DNA of 62,575 nt, counting the filler. It is 23 parts of 23 records of this genome, joined end to end, with 100 filler letters (N's around TTAATTAATTAA, not from the genome) between each part and the next. Parts side by side here need not be neighbours in the genome. Positions count along the whole stretch, not along the records: positions 57,074 to 59,471 come from SRR36015645_287908; positions 59,572 to 62,575 come from SRR36015645_288641; 21 more parts are not named here. One strand, written 5' to 3'. Position 1 is the stretch's first letter. Each line of letters opens with the position of its first letter. The notes under the pieces were generated by a model that saw nothing but the letters and a program-made list of their open reading frames with translations, had not been told where the DNA came from and ran no database searches. Position numbers and translations under genes: made by a program. Positions 57,534 to 62,575 of this stretch are shown in pieces.

Positions 57534-59471
57534 TTATTCATTAACTTCATCTGTGTTTTTTTCTACAGCTATATAGGCATGCGTTTGCTCTAGTTCTTCA
57601 AACAATGCTATATATGAACACTTAGTTTTCTTTTGCACTTTTGACCACTTATCCTTATACAACTTGTGCATGTTAGTAGGTAAGCTCTCTATTAGAGAAG
57701 TTATCTTTCCTGCAATAACGTCTTTGGTCTGATTATTAACGTCGCAATAATAGGCCCGCTCTTTTGCTGTAATAAAAATTGGTACCTGAGAGGAGGCTTC
57801 CTCCTGGCATATAAGTACGGTGTCAATGTTTTTATTTCGTCGATCTATTGCCATTTCTGTAAAATTTATAAGATCGCTATCAAGTTTATCGCCACTCACT
57901 CCTATTATTTCTGTAGTGTCAACACTCAGTACACCGGTAGCTCGTAGCTTCCTTCTCCATGCTTCGATTTCGAGCGAGTATGAATAATTGTGGCCAGCAG
58001 TTTGACTTGAGGGGTCCGCAACCTGAGCTCTGCTATACACAGCCTGGCGCACTCTTTTTATTACATCAGCATTACGGTAACTAGCCAGCCATGTACTTTC
58101 ATTTGGAACTCCGCTCATACTTTGCTTTACTCTCTTGTTTGCAGTTTCTACAATGAAATCTACACCCTCTCCCAATGTTGGGTCTCCACTGGTTGAAAAC
58201 GATTCGTTAGATTTCAGGAAACTTTTGAGTTCATCTGGCCAAATTAGTCGATTTGCTTCATTCGTGAGTGTCAATCTCTGATAAATTCTGTGTCTGCGAC
58301 CGTGGAATAGGGGATCAAATTTGTAAAGGCCTGCTGCAATCATGTCGCTATTATTCCGCCGAACACCAGTACGTAAGTTTAAAAGTGCTAGACCATAACG
58401 AAATACCATTTCGGACATAATTTTGTAAACCGGATTTTGAGTGTTTTTTAAATATGCAACAAAACCCGTAACAGAGATCTCAATTTTTTCAGAGTTACAT
58501 TGCAAAATATACGGGCACACTAGCTCGTCGGTTGTTCCTTTCATCCACGTGATAAAAATTCCCCAACTCTTGTGATGGTCTGATCCCTTTCGAGCATATT
58601 CAAGAGCTGCATCGGTGGCAAATCCTAACACTTTTGCAACACCCGAAATGCTTATATCCCAATTCACATCAAATAGAGCACGAATCATATTCATTTCAAT
58701 GTGACCATAGCCAGGAAGTAATATGATCCAGTCAAACTCAAAGCCCATGTCAACGTTTTCAGCAGGATGTACTTCATAGAGATGGTCGAGTTTACAAGTA
58801 TTCCCATAGCATGATAATTTGCAAGTGTCACACCAATATGTGTTCCTTAATAATTTATGGGCAATGTTGTAGGGAACGCCATCAAACACAATTGGTACAA
58901 AACACCGACTAGCTGTAGAGTTGTACTTTAGTATACCAGCTCGCTTACCGATTTCACGAAGAACTTGAGCAACTGTTTCATAAGAATTTGGATTTACAAA
59001 TATCGGATCAACGATGTGTGCTGTTGTGCTCTTGTGGTAAGAAGGTACATGCTCATACTGTGGTCGTGCCACCCTTTCTGAATCTTTACTGCAGCGCTCA
59101 TATTCTTCAACATTCTTGGCTGGTGGTACAGGCCTACGCGTATCATCACTCGAAGAAGCATTAGCACATTCTTTAATTTTACTACGGATATTTATACCGC
59201 AGGGTACACAATTACGCTTATTCTTCTCATAAACGGATAGACATTGTGGGCATGTGATTTTATTTTCCCGCTCTTGATCTTCTTGGACCTGAGTGTTTAT
59301 GTGGCTATCATAGCCAGTTTCGATTTCCTTGGCCACTTTTTCAAATCGCTGCTCTATCCATCTACAAAATTGCACGTAATGTAGCTTATCAGCCTTAGTG
59401 TAGTTAGGATTTGGTTTAATTTCTTCTGGATCAAGTTTCATCTTCTCTATGGTGTCTGCATATTTAAAATA
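57534..59471 (-). CDS. Academ-like transposase without XPG domain, with two Zn-finger inserts, 5' truncated
   Basis: VDPIFVNPNSY, FDGVPY, PGYGHIEMN, SDHHK, VRRNN, GEGVDFIVETANK are colinear with the 40291-42996 protein. Frame is open to the fragment edge. Confidence 0.6.
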   Translation of the reverse strand, partial: YFKYADTIEKMKLDPEEIKPNPNYTKADKLHYVQFCRWIEQRFEKVAKEIETGYDSHINTQVQEDQERENKITCPQCLSVYEKNKRNCVPCGINIRSKIKECANASSSDDTRRPVPPAKNVEEYERCSKDSERVARPQYEHVPSYHKSTTAHIVDPIFVNPNSYETVAQVLREIGKRAGILKYNSTASRCFVPIVFDGVPYNIAHKLLRNTYWCDTCKLSCYGNTCKLDHLYEVHPAENVDMGFEFDWIILLPGYGHIEMNMIRALFDVNWDISISGVAKVLGFATDAALEYARKGSDHHKSWGIFITWMKGTTDELVCPYILQCNSEKIEISVTGFVAYLKNTQNPVYKIMSEMVFRYGLALLNLRTGVRRNNSDMIAAGLYKFDPLFHGRRHRIYQRLTLTNEANRLIWPDELKSFLKSNESFSTSGDPTLGEGVDFIVETANKRVKQSMSGVPNESTWLASYRNADVIKRVRQAVYSRAQVADPSSQTAGHNYSYSLEIEAWRRKLRATGVLSVDTTEIIGVSGDKLDSDLINFTEMAIDRRNKNIDTVLICQEEASSQVPIFITAKERAYYCDVNNQTKDVIAGKITSLIESLPTNMHKLYKDKWSKVQKKTKCSYIALFEELEQTHAYIAVEKNTDEVNE

Positions 59472-59573
59472 NNNNNNNNNNNNNNNNNNNNNNNNNNNNN
59501 NNNNNNNNNNNNNNNTTAATTAATTAANNNNNNNNNNNNNNNNNNNNNNNNNNNNNNNNNNNNNNNNNNNNAC

Positions 59574-62573
59574 TATGCAGAGTCATTTGATTCGCCACAC
59601 TTGCCAATCGACATACTTGTGGGAATGGATGCACTGCCTCACATTTTGAGCCGCCATGAGCATCCTCGATACATAGATGATCTCATCTTGACACCCACCA
59701 TCTTTGGTTGGTTGGTCTGTGGAGTCTATCCAGACCCTACTGCTTCATCATCAAGCATAGCTCCTCTTATCCGCACGATGAGTACACAAGCAACTGCTCC
59801 AAGTGCATGGTGGGAGCTGGATACAATTGGCATCACACCAGAAGTCGAACCAGAAGATTTTTCCATCAACATAACTCATACAGGAAAGCGCTATGAGGTG
59901 TCTTTGCCTTGGTCAGGACCTGAAAGACCATCACTTTCTATCAACCAAGCAAGTTTGAGGAATCGCTCGTTCCACAGGTTGCCTGTTGACCGACAACAGA
60001 GGTACACAGATTCGTTGAAGGAATGGGTGGATCTAGGCATCCTTGAATCATCTCCAGATCCCGAAGGTGGGAGCTTTTTGCCACATCATTGTGTCCTTCA
60101 AGGTGAGAACGGCGAGAAACTGCGAGTGGTGTTCGATGGTCGTGCTGTGCCATGGCAAGGAAAAGGCATCAACCAATGTTTACTGACTGGGCCGAATCTC
60201 GTTAAAGTCCTTGTTGGCATGTTGCTCCGATTTCGACTTTACATGATTGCCGTCGTTGCAGATGTAGAGAAAGCCTTCTTGATGGTGGGAATAAAGGAGG
60301 AAGATCGTGAATTTCTGAAAGTTCTTTGGCTGTGTGATGGGAAGAAAACAATTTCAAGATTCGCGAGACTTCCATTCGGTCTCAACTCATCGGTCGCTGT
60401 GCTGCATGAAGTTGTGAAGTTTCACTTGTTGGAACATCATCCTAACTTGAAGAAATTTCTAAATGACATCTATGTAGACGATCTAGTCACTGGATTTGAC
60501 TCTTTGGATGAAGCACTTGCGTGTAAAGATGATTTGACTGGTGCATTCCAAGAAGCTGGCATGAACTTGCGAAAATGGTGTTCGTCATCAAGCACAGCAC
60601 GTGGACAATGGGAATCTGTATCGGCTCCGACCAGGGTTCTCGGATTGGGCTGGGATCCAACAGCCGACATCATCTCCGTATCATTGAGTAACAAGTTTGA
60701 TGACCTTGTTTTGACGAAACGCGGATTGCTGAGATGTGTAGCAAAGATCTTCGATCCCTTTGGATTCATCGCTCCATTTGTTGTAAAGTTGAGAATGTCG
60801 TTTCAGCAACTATGGAAGCTCTCAATTGGCTGGGATGACAAAATACCGGATGACATCATTGGTCAATGGAAACAGCTAGCACAGGAAGCAGATGCGAGAC
60901 CCCGCATCTGCTGTCAAAGGATAATTCCCATCAAAGCATCTTCAGAACTGCACATATTTGGTGATGCATCAACACGAGCATATGGTGCAGTGGCTTACCT
61001 GAAGACGGATGGTAAAGCAGTGCTTTTGATGTCCAGAGTCAGACTAACTCCACTGAAGCCTGCCACACTTACTATCCCGAGACTTGAACTGATGGCAGCT
61101 CTGATAGCAGTACGTTTGGCAGAGTTCCTGAAACAAAACTGCATGAAGATGGCTGACCTCCGTCGATTCTTCTATTCCGATTCCATGGTTGTGCTAGGAT
61201 GGATCAGAGGTTCACCAAGGGAGGTGTTTGTACGAAACAGAACTCGTGAAATTCTGATGAAATCCAGCGAGACGGAATGGTCACATGTTTCAACCAAAGA
61301 AAATCCTGCTGATTTGCTGACTCGTGGAGCATCACCGGAAGATCTGCAAAGCATGGCAATGTGGCAGAGTGGGCCAGACTTCTTGCATCAAGAACTAGCA
61401 CATGATACAGACAATCGTATCATACCATGCATGGCAAGTAACTCAAGGAAAGACATTCCAATTCCGGAGCCAATCTTCCCAATCGAGCGTTGGAGTTCTC
61501 TGACGAAAGCATGCAACATTGTAAGATATGCATTGAAGTTCATATCTCTCTGTGGCAAGAAGCATGACTTCTCTCGTCTGGAGTCAGTCAATCCTCTAGA
61601 TTTGCTCATCAAAGAGGCTCAGATCAGAAGTAGCTCTGAGGACTATCGCATGTTGCTGATGGGCAAAGATGTCTCTCCTACTTCAGACATTTGGGATGGT
61701 AGACCATTCCTGGACAAAGAACATGGGTTCATCATGTGCACTCCACGTAATCGGGAAGAGGCACTGCCATGGCTTCCAGACTCTAGTGCATTGTGCCCTC
61801 TTTTGATCAATCGCATGCATTGCATTCTCTTTCATCAAGGTGCCTCTACCACTGCATGTGAGATGGTGAAAGCTTATTGGTTTAAGAAAGCTTTTCGGAC
61901 AGTGAAGAATGTGCTTAGTCGCTGTATGTCTTGTCGCCGTCAACATGGCCGACCAGCAAAGACTTCTGAAGGATTCCTGCCTTCATTCAGAACCACATAC
62001 AGTTCACCATTCCACCATGTTGGAATAGATCACTTCGGTCCGTTGAGCACAAGAGACGTCGACAAAGTTTGGGTGCTGCTGTTCACCTGTGCCGTGGTGA
62101 GAGCTGTGCATCTGGAGCTTGTAACATCATTGAATGAAGAGGACACCACTTTGGCAATTCGACGATTCAATGCAAGGCGTGGTTCGAAAGACCTCACTTT
62201 CCACAGTGACAACTTCTCCACATTTAAAAGGCTCAGTGATTGCTTCAAGGATCAAGTCAACTGGAGATTCATTCCGGAAGCATCACCATGGTGGGGAGGA
62301 TTCTGGGAACGAATGGTGGGGACTGTGAAACGTGCTTGCTTCAAGACTCTTGGCAACACAAGCCTTAAGACAAAGGAACTGGCGACAGTGCTTGCAGAAC
62401 TGGAGGAAAGAGTCAACCGAAGGCCTCTCACTAAATACCATGAAGGAGAAGAACCATTAACTCCTGGACACTTCCTGTATGGAGTTGCCCCACCTCCACT
62501 GTCTTCGACATCAGTTCAGGACCAGCCTATCGCTACTGAAAATCTTTCGAAACGATGGAAGCATCGAATGAGG
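59574..62573 (+). mobile_element. pol: Bel/Pao pol (protease end, RT, RNase H, integrase), about 1000 codons, open at both ends
   Basis: Spot-translated by hand: IDILVGMD, WELDTIGI, RYEVSLPW, ADVEKAFL, RLPFGL, YVDD (~60471), FDPFG, FGDASTRAYG, TIPRLEL, NPADLLTRG, GIDHFGP, HSDN, PWWGGFWERMV. Start and end are in the same frame; not in the ORF track. Confidence 0.93.
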
Positions 62574-62575
62574 CT

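Noticed and set aside
3265-59571. Recurring TTAATTAATTAA within N runs as a biological repeat or CRISPR-like array
   Set aside because: Identical 100-bp artificial linker with stops in all frames. ORF tails reading XXX...LIN are artefacts of it.

Overview
This is not one continuous locus. It is 23 unrelated fragments of 2-3.8 kb joined by 22 artificial 100-bp spacers (44 N + TTAATTAATTAA + 44 N), so nothing can be inferred from adjacency across a spacer. The DNA is eukaryotic and animal-like: GT-AG introns, a MEPCE gene, and metazoan transposon families (an aquatic invertebrate is a guess). About 21 fragments are transposable elements: 4 Bel/Pao, 3 Gypsy pol, 1 Copia with its 5' LTR and PBS, 1 env/F-like gene, 4 LINEs (CR1, L1/Tx1, two RTE-X-like), 4 Academ-type transposases (two AcademX-like, two apparently XPG-less), 2 hAT-like, 1 pogo (DD35D) and 1 decayed tyrosine-recombinase-like element. 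Two fragments carry host genes: MEPCE/Bin3 with an intronless CDS, and a spliced harmonin-N-like-domain gene that the ORF track misses. Best leads: (1) a Gypsy Pol with a PHD finger between RNase H and integrase; (2) a LINE whose ORF2 is in frame with ORF1 behind a single TAG with no AUG, suggesting readthrough; (3) a phased ATGCC-N6-GGCAT dyad array and 89-bp inverted repeat downstream of an XPG-less Academ-like transposase; (4) an env with two TM segments and an extra C-terminal domain. All family calls come from motif recognition by eye, not database searches.
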